DNA of 51,612 nucleotides from Eledone cirrhosa (GCA_964016885.1 CAXHJY010001154.1:1-51612), one strand, 5' to 3'; positions 16,121-26,850 are shown, counted from the first letter of the stretch. Notes: generated by a model from the letters alone, not told the origin. Made by a program: numbers and translations.

Positions 16121-16250
16121 ATTAACACTTAACATTTAATATTCTACCATACTATTTCATTCTAATACCATTATAAATTTTAAAGGATTGTAAATAAAAC
16201 GAGTAAATCAGACAAAGTTGGAATTCCTTTTATTAATATATATATATATA

Positions 16251-16340
16251 ATGAAGAGCCTAAAGATTAGGTCACAATTGTAATACGTCTTACATTCTGG
16301 AGATATGGTCAATATTGGGCCTTGAAACCTTAAGTAGCTG
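16251..16340 (+). ncRNA. 5'-truncated hammerhead-like remnant with long stem II
   Basis: (ctg missing)ATGA-agagcctaa...ttgggcctt-GAAA-ccttaag-ta, abutting (TA)n. Confidence 0.35.
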
Positions 16341-16396
16341 TTTTGTTCCGTGTATTACACACACACACATTATATATATATATATATACACACACA

Positions 16397-16494
16397 CAAG
16401 GCATCCAAAAAATGTACACATGCCTCAACATCATTCTAATAGATATTGCCTGCTCAGGTAATCAAAGTGTGTATACATATTTTGGGACACCCTG
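16397..16494. mobile_element. Short Tc1/mariner-type MITE remnant
   Basis: CAAGGCATCCAAAAAATGTACACA ... TGTATACATATTTTGGGACACCCTG imperfect TIRs. Confidence 0.65.
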
Positions 16495-16529
16495 TGTGAA
16501 TGTGAATATATATATATATATATATATAT

Positions 16530-16728
16530 CCAGGGAGTGTAACTTGGAGTTACTGTAGGTTCACCCGGGTGAGTACTCGATGTTTAGGTTCACTTCAGTG
16601 TCGAGGTGTAGCGCTAGACAGAGTGTATTATAGTGAAAAGATAACAAGGACGATTGGTTACTCCTTCATTACATTTATTGGTTGGTGACGCGTGTTTCGC
16701 CACTGATCAGCTCAAGGTTCGATCTGTA
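16530..16728 (-). mobile_element. Dispersed repeat, family P (PLE pLTR-like; carries the 3' half of a hammerhead)
   Basis: Homologous to 22306-22806 and 24878-25050; minus strand GAAAC-acgc-GTC-accaaccAATAAA; (TA)n flanks. Confidence 0.6.
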
Positions 16729-16881
16729 TATATATATATATATATATATATAAGACCCCGAAGGCAGAGCTCAAGCCGTGTCGACGGCTATTTCTGGACT
16801 ATTACCAACTCTAATACCCAAGGTATTGAGTACTCTGGTGCGTTATGGTCCACCTGGTTCCTTACCACACTTCCTTCGTTT

Positions 16882-16941
<60 letters not shown>

Positions 16942-17002
16942 CGTGCGTGCGTGTGTGTGTGCGTGCGTGTGCGTGTGCGTGTGCGTGTGCGTTTGCGTGT
17001 GT

Positions 17003-17577
17003 GTCTCGTCGGCAAATTCAGCATCTGATATCTTTTTCGCCTTAACTCTCCTGCTCTGAGCCGGTGCTACAGTAAAGCCAGAGTCCTGGTGTTTCTCCAG
17101 TGCAAGGCACATACAATAGCCTACTACGATGATAAAATCTGCCTCTTCATTGCTGTAGTGGAGCCTGTGCTGCTGTACGGGTCTGAGACTTGGACACTGA
17201 CCAAGAAACTCACTCGGATGGTGGATGGGTGCTACATAGGAATGCTGAGGATAGCTCTGAACATTAATCAGTATACACTGAGGATGAAAAACTCAGAGCT
17301 GTATGGGAACCTCCCAAAAGTCAGCTCAAAAGTGACACAGAGGAAACTGAGGTTAGCTGGACATGCTCACCGACATCCAGAGTTGACATTGCACTCAGTA
17401 CTCCTGTGGGAGCCCCTACATGGACACACTGGAAGAGGAAGACCAAGGTTAACGTATGTTGATGCCCTAAGGACAGACACTGGTTTGTTGGAGACGCAGG
17501 ACATGGCATCGATAATGAGGGACAGAGACCGCTGGAGAGAACTCGCCCATGGATCTCGGGTATTTTACCCGCCCTAG
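17003..17577 (+). mobile_element. RTE-like LINE 3' fragment with 5' inversion
   Basis: 17134-17577 (+): LFIAVVEPVLLYGSETWTLT..DGCY..MLR..RKLRLAGH..LLWEP..GRGRPRLTYVDAL..DRDRWR. 17003-17132 (-): GFTVAPAQSRR...ISDAEFADE, the RT catalytic-motif region. Confidence 0.85.
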
Positions 17578-18272
17578 AATAGAATATATATATATATAAA
17601 CACACATGCATATACATACACTTATCTTCATATATGTATACAGGTATATATGTTTTTGATTGATTAACAGGTATATAGACAGATCGATTGTTCCATTGGT
17701 TGAATGATTGACTGGCTGACTGATTAAATGATTTATTGACTAAATTATTGATTGATTGAGTGACTGTTTGATTGATCGATTTATTGACTGATCTCATTGA
17801 TTGACTTCCTTATTAATTGGTGATTGACTGATCTGATCGATTATTTCACTGAACAGATGATCGATGTTTTTTCTTGCATATTGATTTACTAAACGCTTGA
17901 TTGATTTTCAGGGCGGGGAGGGGGAAGGTCCTCACAGAAAATACGGAAATTAGTTTTCCAGAGATAAATATGTGATCAGAAGAGAGGGTCGTGTTTAAAG
18001 CTCCAGGGAGCTTTAAAGGTTTAGCGAGGTTCACAGCATCTTCACTGTTTGTCAGACTAGCTTATATCTGGGAAGTTTATCTTAAGTGTTGAGCCGAGGG
18101 ATTTATAAAGGTTTTGTCGATTTATTGAGGTCATAGACGGCCCCCAACCCCTCTGTCTTACCCTGAAAAAAAGGTTTGTGGTTCATATCACTGTGGGATT
18201 TAAGAACAAATATGAATGCGCACGCACACACCCTCATACGCAAGGAAAACACACAAATATGCACACACATAC

Positions 18273-18311
<39 letters not shown>

Positions 18312-18503
18312 AATATATACTTATATATATATTTAATGAATATATACTTATGTATATACTTATATATATATATTTAATGAATATAAAATATGGGTTTATG
18401 TCTCTGACGATGTCACACTGTGGACTAACATATACACTTACAAAGTTAGAAATAAACTCACTAGTGTGTAAATATAAATGTACATACACACACACACACC
18501 ACC

Positions 18504-18559
<56 letters not shown>

Positions 18560-19099
18560 GCAATCATACATACACATGAATATATATATATTTAAGTGTT
18601 GCTTTGGTGGAAATGCATGGAAAGAACTCGTATGTGCCTGTATATTATGTATGTGTGTGAGTGTGCTTCTGTATATAGATAGAGAGAGACAGGGGGAGGC
18701 AGGCTGCACGCTAGTGTGTATATTTACTTATATATGTGTTTATGGCTTGCTTCCTTTGCAAATTATTGAAGTTTTAGGTTAATGTAATTAACATATGAGG
18801 TTAGAATTCCTCTCTGGTTCTTTTCTGTGTTGTTGTGTGTTGTGCTTTTACACAACAACCCCAGGGAGACACTCGCAATATGAAACACTTGCAAGTCACT
18901 CACATACACACATATACACGCTCTCTCTCACACTGTACGCACGTATATATTCATCGTACATACACATAAGCGTGTATGTATGTATATGTATATATATATA
19001 TATATACACACACACATATAAATATATAATTAAATGCATATATACATATATGTACATTTGCTTACTTACACGCATATATATATGTATGAATGTATATAA

Positions 19100-19130
<31 letters not shown>

Positions 19131-19278
19131 CACATACACATACACACATATATATCATATATGCGTGTTTGTAGATATCTATATCTATACATAAATGTTG
19201 TTTTGTTATATAGACATCACTATATATATAATTGTGTGCATGTGCATATTTATACACACAACTTCGTGTATATATGAT

Positions 19279-19380
19279 AGAGTCGGGACCCCGACGGCTG
19301 AGCACTTGCCGTTTCATCTACAGCTTGCTCCGAACTAGCTTTTGAAACGACAAGAGCTCAGCCGTCGGTATCCCAACTCT
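19279..19380. repeat. ~100-bp hairpin from a dispersed repeat family (partial copies near 16752 and 41222)
   Basis: AGAGTCGGGACCCCGACGGCTGAGCACTTGCCGTTTCA ... TGAAACGACAAGAGCTCAGCCGTCGGTATCCCAACTCT. Confidence 0.75.
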
Positions 19381-19436
19381 TTCATATTACTACTCCTACC
19401 GCAATGAACGAGTACTCTAACAGGTTTTACTACGTC

Positions 19437-19471
<35 letters not shown>

Positions 19472-19473
<2 letters not shown>

Positions 19474-19917
19474 TAGACCTGAAAAATGCGCAAGCTCAAA
19501 AGAGCCACACAATGTTATAATAAACCTTCAAAAGTGTGGGACTAGAGTTGTTGCTCAAAAATATTGTAATCGTTATCTATCGTACACTCTGTGGCATCCT
19601 TTTATAAAAAAAGAGACTCATAACGAACTCAAGACGACACGATAATTATTTAAGCTAATGTTCAATATCTCATATTAGATGTTTAGTAATGATTAATACG
19701 AAATGCACTTAAACCGAATTCTATATTATAAATTAACTTAAATAATTATCGTGTCGTCTTGAGTTCGTTATGAGTCTCTTTTTTATAAAAGGATGCCACA
19801 AGTGTACGATACATAATGATTACAATATTTTTGAGCAACAACTCTAGTCCCACACTTTTGAAGGTTTATTATAACATTCTGTGGCTCTTTTGAGCTTGCG
19901 CATTTTTCAGGTCTAGT
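19472..19917. repeat. Long inverted repeat (~183-bp arms, ~80-bp spacer); fold-back element
   Basis: 19472-19654 is the reverse complement of 19737-19917 with few mismatches; the left arm abuts (TA)n. Confidence 0.93.
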
Positions 19918-20699
19918 TTAATATTTTTTAAGGCAACGCTTGTAATAACTCTAGTTAAACATGATATATATATATATTAATAATAAATTATCGTTGTAAT
20001 GTAATTAGATTATATAATTGTTATTTTATAAATGATCTTATAAATATTATTGTAAGATGTATAAAAATATTTTCAGACTTTTAATAGTTAATATAAATTT
20101 AAAAAAATCATATATAAATTAACAATATAACTTACCAAAACGAGAAAAATATTTTGATGATAAACGACGAAATACTGGAGGATGATTCGAAAGCGATACG
20201 ATAAATAAACGTGGAAACAAAGTGGCGGATGCTTTTGAGCAACAATTACTCTCGTTGGTTGATTAGCCAATAATACGATGAAATTAGCTAATAAGACGAT
20301 ACATTACAAAAGATGTTTGGGAGGCATCACCACGGCCAGCGATACCCCTTGAATTTTTTATTCACAAGCTACGCATGTATGTCATCAACATCAGACACGC
20401 AAACTTAAAACAATCTGTTGTTAGTCACTGCGTGTCTAACAGATATTTGGAATCCTTTTGTTAACCTGTTTAGCTTGCTTCGTTTTTTTGGCTCCGGTGG
20501 CTGATAACTTCATGACCGCCGTTTTCAGTTTGTATGGCCTCTATAATGTATGCTAATTGTTCTGGTCTTATTTTAGTCCATAGAGTGCTTGCTGTATTTC
20601 TCGAAAATTGCGTTTTTCTTTGTTTTTGACCACAGCCGAAATACGATCTCGCTGAAATTATATATGTATATATATATATATATATATATACATATATTA

Positions 20700-20830
20700 T
20701 TCCATTTCTCTCTCTTCTCAGGCTCTACCTTTCTATTCTTTTATTTCTCATACTCCTGATGAAGGAATAGTGTCTGAAACGTTAAAACTCTTTTCATAAT
20801 ATATCAATAGTGAAATTAATATATTTCTTC
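20700..20830 (+). mobile_element. Short HHR-bearing repeat, family H (copy 1)
   Basis: CTGATGA-aggaatagtgtct-GAAACGTTA at about 20756-20784; the upstream flank resembles 23058-23270 (-) and 51150-51352 (+). Confidence 0.6.
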
Positions 20831-20998
20831 ATTGTACTATATTGCTTGCTTTGTTGTTTTAGTTTACTTTCCGTATCCATCCATCCATATATATATATAC
20901 TTACATGCACACACACACATTATATATGCTTGGTTGTCACCGATCTGTCCAGTTCGGTCGACCGCCAGCATATCAAAAGAAACCTGTATCTGCTATGC

Positions 20999-21077
20999 AT
21001 TTTGTCTGACGAGAAAGAACATATTTTGGATTATGTTATACATAAGCTTTACATCTTCGAAATATATGTAATAAAAT
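20999..21077 (+). ncRNA. Type I hammerhead ribozyme
   Basis: Stem I ATTTTGT/ATAAAAT; CTGACGA at 21006-21012; stem II base gaaaga/tcttc; GAAA at 21059-21062; tatat; GUA triplet at 21068-21070. Confidence 0.7.
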
Positions 21078-21117
21078 AGAGATGATCTTTGGTTTATTAT
21101 TATTATTATTATGTAAG

Positions 21118-21602
21118 GGCAGTGGATTGGCAGTATTGGTAGAGGGTCAGAGACCATGCTTTGCAGCATAGTTACGTCCCTTTACGGTCTGAGTTCAAAT
21201 CCTGTCGCGATTAACTTTGCCTTTCATCCTTACGGGGTCAATAAAATAAAGTAACACTCACGCACTGGGCTCGATTTAATCGACTTTCCCCTCCCCCAAA
21301 ATGGCTGGCATTGTGCCTATATAAGAAACCATTATTATGGCGGTGGATTGGCAGTATCGGTAGAGGGTCGGACGCCATGCTTTGATGCATAGAGTTACGG
21401 CCCTTGCCATTCTGAATTCAAATTCCGCTGAGGTTAACTTTGCCTTTCATCTTACGGGGTCGATAAAATAAAGTACCAGTAATGCGCTAGTAATTGCTGG
21501 CTTTGTGCCAAAAAGTAGAAACATTTATATATATATATATATATATATTACGTCCCTTTACGGTCTGCGTTCAAATCCCGTCGAGGTTTCACCTCTTTCC
21601 TC
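21118..21602 (+). mobile_element. Cluster of family A SINEs (21118-21337, 21339-21525, partial 21548-21602)
   Basis: tRNA head plus GCCTTTCATCCTTACGGGGTC core plus AGAAAC tail. Confidence 0.88.
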
Positions 21603-21733
21603 CAGGGTCACCAGACAAAAAATATAATGAAAATTCATTAGAAATTAGCTTCACAGTTTATATATATATATATATATATATAAGAGAGTATTGAAGTTTC
21701 CTTGAAGCATTGTGGAATATTAAGGTATATTTC

Positions 21734-22284
21734 TTTAAGTCGTTTTGGAAGCCTCAACAATGCAGATGGGTAACTCTCCGGGTAACAAGATCCGGTGGTG
21801 GAGAGAGAGGTGTAAGTGAATGTAGATTGAAATGTATAGTGTGTAGAAGAACGTAGGAAAGAGCGTAAAAAATAAAAATAAAAATAATAACATGAGATAG
21901 AGTTACCTTGGGAGAGATTTAATTGTCCCTATATATTTCGGATTCACATCCATCAACTGGTGGGGGAGGGGAGTTCCGGGGGGGGGGGGTTTGTCTGCCG
22001 GAAAGGTGCGAAACGTATCCTCGTTTCGCACCTTTCCGACAGACAACCCCCCCGAACCCCCCCCCCGTTGATGGATGTGAATCCGAAATATATAGGGACA
22101 ATTAAATCTCTCCCAAGGTAACCCTATCTCGTGTTATTATTTTTATTTTTTACGCTCTTTCCTACGTTCTTCTACACACTATACATTTCAACCTACATTC
22201 ACTTACATCTCTCTCTCCACCACCGGATCTTGTTACCCGGAGAGTTACCCATCTGCATTGTTGAGGCTTCCAAAACGACCTAAA
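21734..22284. repeat. ~550-bp fold-back palindrome with degenerate hammerhead motifs on both arms
   Basis: Arms of about 270 bp around loop TATCCT (22016-22021). The right arm has CCGTTGA-t-ggat(gtga)atcc-GAAA-tata-ta-ggg. This explains the mirror ORFs at 21919-22101 and 21923-22105. Confidence 0.93.
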
Positions 22285-22305
22285 TAAATAAATATATATA
22301 TATAT

Positions 22306-22806
22306 CCAGGGAGTGTAACGCGGAGCTACTGTAGATTCACCCGGGTGAGTACTCGATGTTTAGGTTCACGTCAGTGGCGAGGTGTAGAGCTAGACAGAGT
22401 GTATTATAACAATACAAGGACAAGTGGTTACTCTTTCATTATGTTTATTGGTTGGTGAATTGGCAGTATCGGTGGAGGGTCGGACCTTTACGATGTGAGT
22501 TCAAATCCCGCCGAGGTTAACTTTGCCTTTTATCCTTACGGGGTCGATAAAATAAAGCACCAGTAATGCACTGGGTAATTGCTGGCCTTGTGCCAAAAGT
22601 AGAAACAATTATGTTTATTGGTTGGTGACGCCCGTTTCTCTATTGATCAGGTCAAGGTACGATCTGTATCGATCTAGCCCGACTCTGTACCAAATGGCTC
22701 GTGGAACCTCTTTGGTGGTAATGACAGAATGAGGTCCGACGAACCATTGATTACAGAGTCGGGCTAGATCGATACAGTTCGAACCTTGAGCTGATCAATA
22801 GCGAAA
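22306..22806 (-). mobile_element. Family P repeat with ~170-nt internal hairpin, interrupted by a SINE
   Basis: Matches 16530-16728; hairpin at about 22635-22806. Confidence 0.7.
22459..22607 (+). mobile_element. Family A SINE (internally deleted) with 21-bp TSD
   Basis: TSD ATTATGTTTATTGGTTGGTGA at 22438-22458 and 22608-22628. Confidence 0.9.
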
Positions 22807-22908
22807 GGTACTCAATAAATTAGTAGTAAGTAAGATACTCAATACATTAGTAGTAAGTAAGGTACTCAATACACTAGTAGTAAGTAAGGTACTCAATACA
22901 CTAGTAGT
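22805..22908. repeat. 27-bp tandem repeat, about 4 units
   Basis: Unit AAGGTACTCAATACACTAGTAGTAAGT. Confidence 0.9.
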
Positions 22909-22918
22909 GTGTAAACAT

Positions 22919-23047
22919 AAAATTTTATATAGAAATGGCTTCTACGTGACTAGAACTGTTTCATTCGAAAGAAATCATCAGGCTTTCTTGATTGTTTTCG
23001 AATGAACCAGTTCTAGTCCTGCAGAAGCCATTTCTATATAAAATTTA
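22919..23047. repeat. ~130-bp fold-back containing a hammerhead core on the minus strand
   Basis: Inverted arms AAATTTTATATAGAAATGGCTTCT..CTAGAACTG.TTCATTCGAAA; minus strand 22953-22981 reads CTGATGA-tttctttcgaat-GAAACAGTT; related copy at 50812. Confidence 0.8.
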
Positions 23048-23057
23048 ATATATATGT

Positions 23058-23265
23058 AAAAGGTAAACAGAAATAACAACACAAACGGTACAGTATATGG
23101 AAGGAATTTAACGCTTGAAATAGCAGGAAGAGAATCGTAACGTTTCGGACGCTACTGCTTCATCAAAAGAAAGAATGAGAAATTAGAAAGATTGAAGGGG
23201 CGGGTGGGGTAGAATGGGCAAAATAGTTTTAGAAAAAAATAACACGTCCATTCAAGTTGCCATCT

Positions 23266-23270
<5 letters not shown>
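23058..23270 (-). mobile_element. Family H HHR-bearing repeat (copy 2)
   Basis: Minus strand tTGATGA-agcagtagcgtcc-GAAACGTTA; about 150 bp of similarity to 51190-51352. Confidence 0.65.
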
Positions 23271-23314
<44 letters not shown>

Positions 23315-23384
23315 GGAGGTGAGTTTTATCGTAGCACAATAAAGCAATGCAAATATATTATATTATTTTATATTATATATATAT

Positions 23385-23456
<72 letters not shown>

Positions 23457-23594
23457 AATACGTTTGTATACAAACAAAATATACGAGTAGCTTGACTGCC
23501 GATAAAAATATTTTTCGCAACGAAACGAAATCAACTAAAATTAGTTTCACTCAACTTAACTATATTGAAGTCATCCATCATGTAGAATTCTTTG

Positions 23595-23601
23595 AAAAAA
23601 A
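23595..23601 (-). terminator. Pol III oligo-T terminator of tRNA-Gln
   Basis: T7 run on the minus strand 5 nt after the tRNA 3' end. Confidence 0.8.
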
Positions 23602-23606
23602 TACTA

Positions 23607-23678
23607 AGGTTCTACCGAGACTCGAACTCGGATCGCTGGATTCAGAGTCCAGAGTGCTAACCATTACACCATAGAACC
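23607..23678 (-). tRNA. tRNA-Gln (anticodon CTG)
   Basis: GGTTCTATGGTGTAATGGTTAGCACTCTGGACTCTGAATCCAGCGATCCGAGTTCGAGTCTCGGTAGAACCT; intact 72-nt cloverleaf with A and B boxes. Confidence 0.97.
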
Positions 23679-24013
23679 TGTATACTCTGACAGGCTGCTT
23701 TTAAACTGCTTATCACGGTTGTAATTGTCTCTTAGCATAGTAGTTTTTACCTGGTTTTATTTTACATTTCTTTTCTTTATTTTTATTTTCTTTTGTTTTG
23801 TTTATCTTCTTACCGAGGAAGCAGACAAATGATTCCTAGACTCATGAGACTAACTGATCAATGTCTTAACTCTAACAATGGCGAGGAAGATACACTACTG
23901 AGAACCATATCTACACGCACGACATTTTTTTTTTTTTACGTATGGCCATTTTTATCCCGATTTAACTTAGTAAGAAGGTGGTATGTGCGCCCAGATCTTC
24001 TGATGTATTTTAT

Positions 24014-24242
24014 CGCTAGAGATTTGAAGATACAACTATCAGAGAGCAGCTTGTAGTTTGTCAAACAACAACCCTCAGCCTGTTGGGTGGTGATGTCAGG
24101 ATCTGGCAACGATCTCATCAGTTACCGCTAGAGATTTGAAAATGCAGCTCTCAGATAGAAGCTTGTAATTTGTCAAAATATAAACACTGAACCTGTCGGG
24201 TGGTGATGCCAGGGTCTGGCGAAAATTTCATCAGTTACCGCT
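24014..24242. repeat. Diverged tandem duplication, ~112-bp unit x2
   Basis: CGCTAGAGATTTGAA...CATCAGTTAC repeated at 24014 and 24126. Confidence 0.85.
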
Positions 24243-24662
24243 GAAGAAAATATCACTGCAGTTTATCCCCACCCTATTAGAGACTTACCATTGCTGACCA
24301 GAAATATGTAACTCTCTAGGTTTTGCTGTCTCTTCGATTTCCCTCCATCGGTTCCAGTTGCAATGAAAACCGGCTATATATAGTTTGAACTATACCGTTG
24401 AAAGCAAGCGACGTGTCGATGGAAGCGATCGATTTAGAGGTGGCATGACGAATAGAGTCTACAAACTTATATTGTATAAACACAGTGGTATTTGGGTTGC
24501 TCTCTTGCCCAAAGAACAGATCTGGGGGAAAGATGAGTTCAAAGACAGGCGTTATATGCTAGGGCTTTCAACCAAACATCGCTATGGTGCTGAGGTGGAG
24601 CTGAGGCATGCCTTTCACAGCCCCTCTTTCTATAACATACACACTAAATATCTATATATAAA

Positions 24663-24853
24663 TATAACTGTTTCTACTTTTGGCACAAGGCCAGGAATTA
24701 TCCCGGTGTATTACTGGTACTTTATTTTATCGACCCCGTAAGGATGAAAGGCAAAGTTAACCTTGGCGGGATTTGAACTCAGAACGTTAAGGAACGTAAC
24801 TCTGCTGTAAAGCATAACGTCCGACCTTCTAACGATACTGCCAATCCACCGCC
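24663..24853 (-). mobile_element. Family A SINE
   Basis: Full-length reverse-complement match to the family. Confidence 0.88.
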
Positions 24854-24877
24854 ATATCTATATATAAATATAATATA

Positions 24878-25049
24878 ATAATACAAGGGCGATTTGTTAA
24901 GCCTTCATTACGTTTATTGATTGATAGGCGCGTTTCACTATTGAACAGTTCAGGATCAGTTCGATCTGGCCCGACTCTGGAATAAAAAGCTCGTCGAACC
25001 TCTGCTGTTGTAATGACAGCCACATTGCAACAGCAGAAGTCTGACAAAC

Positions 25050-25050
<1 letters not shown>
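24878..25050 (-). mobile_element. Diverged family P repeat
   Basis: Similar to 22410-22440 plus 22610-22745; internal hairpin CTGCTGTTGTAATG..CATTGCAACAGCAG. Confidence 0.6.
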
Positions 25051-25111
<61 letters not shown>

Positions 25112-25714
25112 CACACATATATATATATATACATATATATACACACACACATATATATATACACATATACGTACATATACATACATATATATGTATATAT
25201 ATACATATATATGTATATATATACATATATACATATACATATATACAAATATATACGTACATATATACATATATATATATATACGTACATATATACATAT
25301 ACATATATACAAATATATACGTACATATATACATATATATATATATACGTACATATATACATATACATATATACAAATATATACGTACATATATACATAT
25401 ATATATATATACGTACATATATACATATATATATATGTACATATATACATATATATATATGTACATATATACATATATATATATGTACATATATACATAT
25501 ATATATATGTACATATATACATATATATATATGTACATATATACATATATATATATGTACATATATACATATATATATATGTACATATATACATATATAT
25601 ATATGTACATATATACATATATATATATGTACATATATACATATATATATATGTACATATATACATATATATATATATATATAAGTACATATATATATAT
25701 ATATATATAAGTAC

Positions 25715-25745
<31 letters not shown>

Positions 25746-25847
25746 TACATATATATATATATATACATATATACATATATATATATATATACATATATAC
25801 ATATATATATATAAGTACATATATACATATATATATATAAGTACATA

Positions 25848-25881
<34 letters not shown>

Positions 25882-25887
25882 CGTACA

Positions 25888-25921
<34 letters not shown>

Positions 25922-25927
25922 CGTACA

Positions 25928-25961
<34 letters not shown>

Positions 25962-26025
25962 CGTACATATATACATGTACATATATACATATATATATAT
26001 ATACGTACATATATACATATATATA
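25051..26025. repeat. TA/TACA microsatellite with higher-order units
   Basis: Direct inspection. Confidence 0.98.
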
Positions 26026-26626
26026 TGGTGGCTGCCAACTCGTTTTCGAGTACGGCCACTACTTTATATCCATGTAGGAGAACCCCTACCGATGCGCTGA
26101 ACGAGTGACTTTTTAGTCCAGCCAGCGACTTGAAAACTCTGGTACAAACACTACACCTGTGACAATTATTGACACATAGTGCTGGGCCCATGGTACCATG
26201 TGACGACAAGTGCAGAGAGATCTCCAGATATAAAGCAATGCCTGTGCCGTGAAGCTTTTATAGTGAGCAAAGGCACTGCACAAAGCCAGTCCCACTCTCT
26301 TAACCAAGATGATATTTACCAAAAAGAAGTCAACATCATTGGATACCATCAGGGTTGCAGGTATTATATCAGAGTTTTCCTTCTCCTAGAATTCTGCCTT
26401 GACAAAGGCTAAGGGGTCATCTCTCCCGGTGATTTTAGATGGCCATTGACTCTTAAGAGCTCCTTTGCCCTTTGACAGGTTTTGTTTTTAGTCCTGCAGG
26501 ATGTCCAAAGTCACCCTCCTCACCAAGAAACCTTGGTGGGGTTGCCAGTTTAGTCGCCAACGACCCGACCATGAGACAGGTTGTACTGGGATACATGTTA
26601 CCAGTAGCACCACCTGGTGACCTGAC
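26026..26626 (-). mobile_element. ~600-bp non-autonomous bipartite RTE-derived element (copy 1)
   Basis: Near-identical to 42416-43017; RTE 5'UTR-like motif TAGGAGAAGGAAAACTCTG; 3' C2H2 remnant [17 protein letters not shown]; tail shared with 27460-27500. Confidence 0.8.
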
Positions 26627-26659
<33 letters not shown>

Positions 26660-26724
26660 TATATACATATACATATATACATATATACATATACATATAT
26701 ACATATATACATATACATATATAC

Positions 26725-26755
<31 letters not shown>

Positions 26756-26818
26756 CGTATATATAATATAGATATATATATATATACATATATATAATAT
26801 AGATATATATATATATAC

Positions 26819-26850
<32 letters not shown>

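Larger units (their letters stand above)
15851..16240. repeat. Near-perfect 390-bp fold-back palindrome with a hammerhead on each arm
   Basis: Arms of about 193 bp around a 4-nt loop at 16044-16047, with only a few mismatches. Confidence 0.95.

Noticed and set aside
21919-22105. Pair of mirror-image 60-aa ORFs
   Set aside because: They are a by-product of the DNA palindrome.
24385-24741. 118-aa ORF or possible C/D snoRNA
   Set aside because: No recognisable domain, the ORF ends inside a SINE, and the box motifs are imperfect with no terminal stem.
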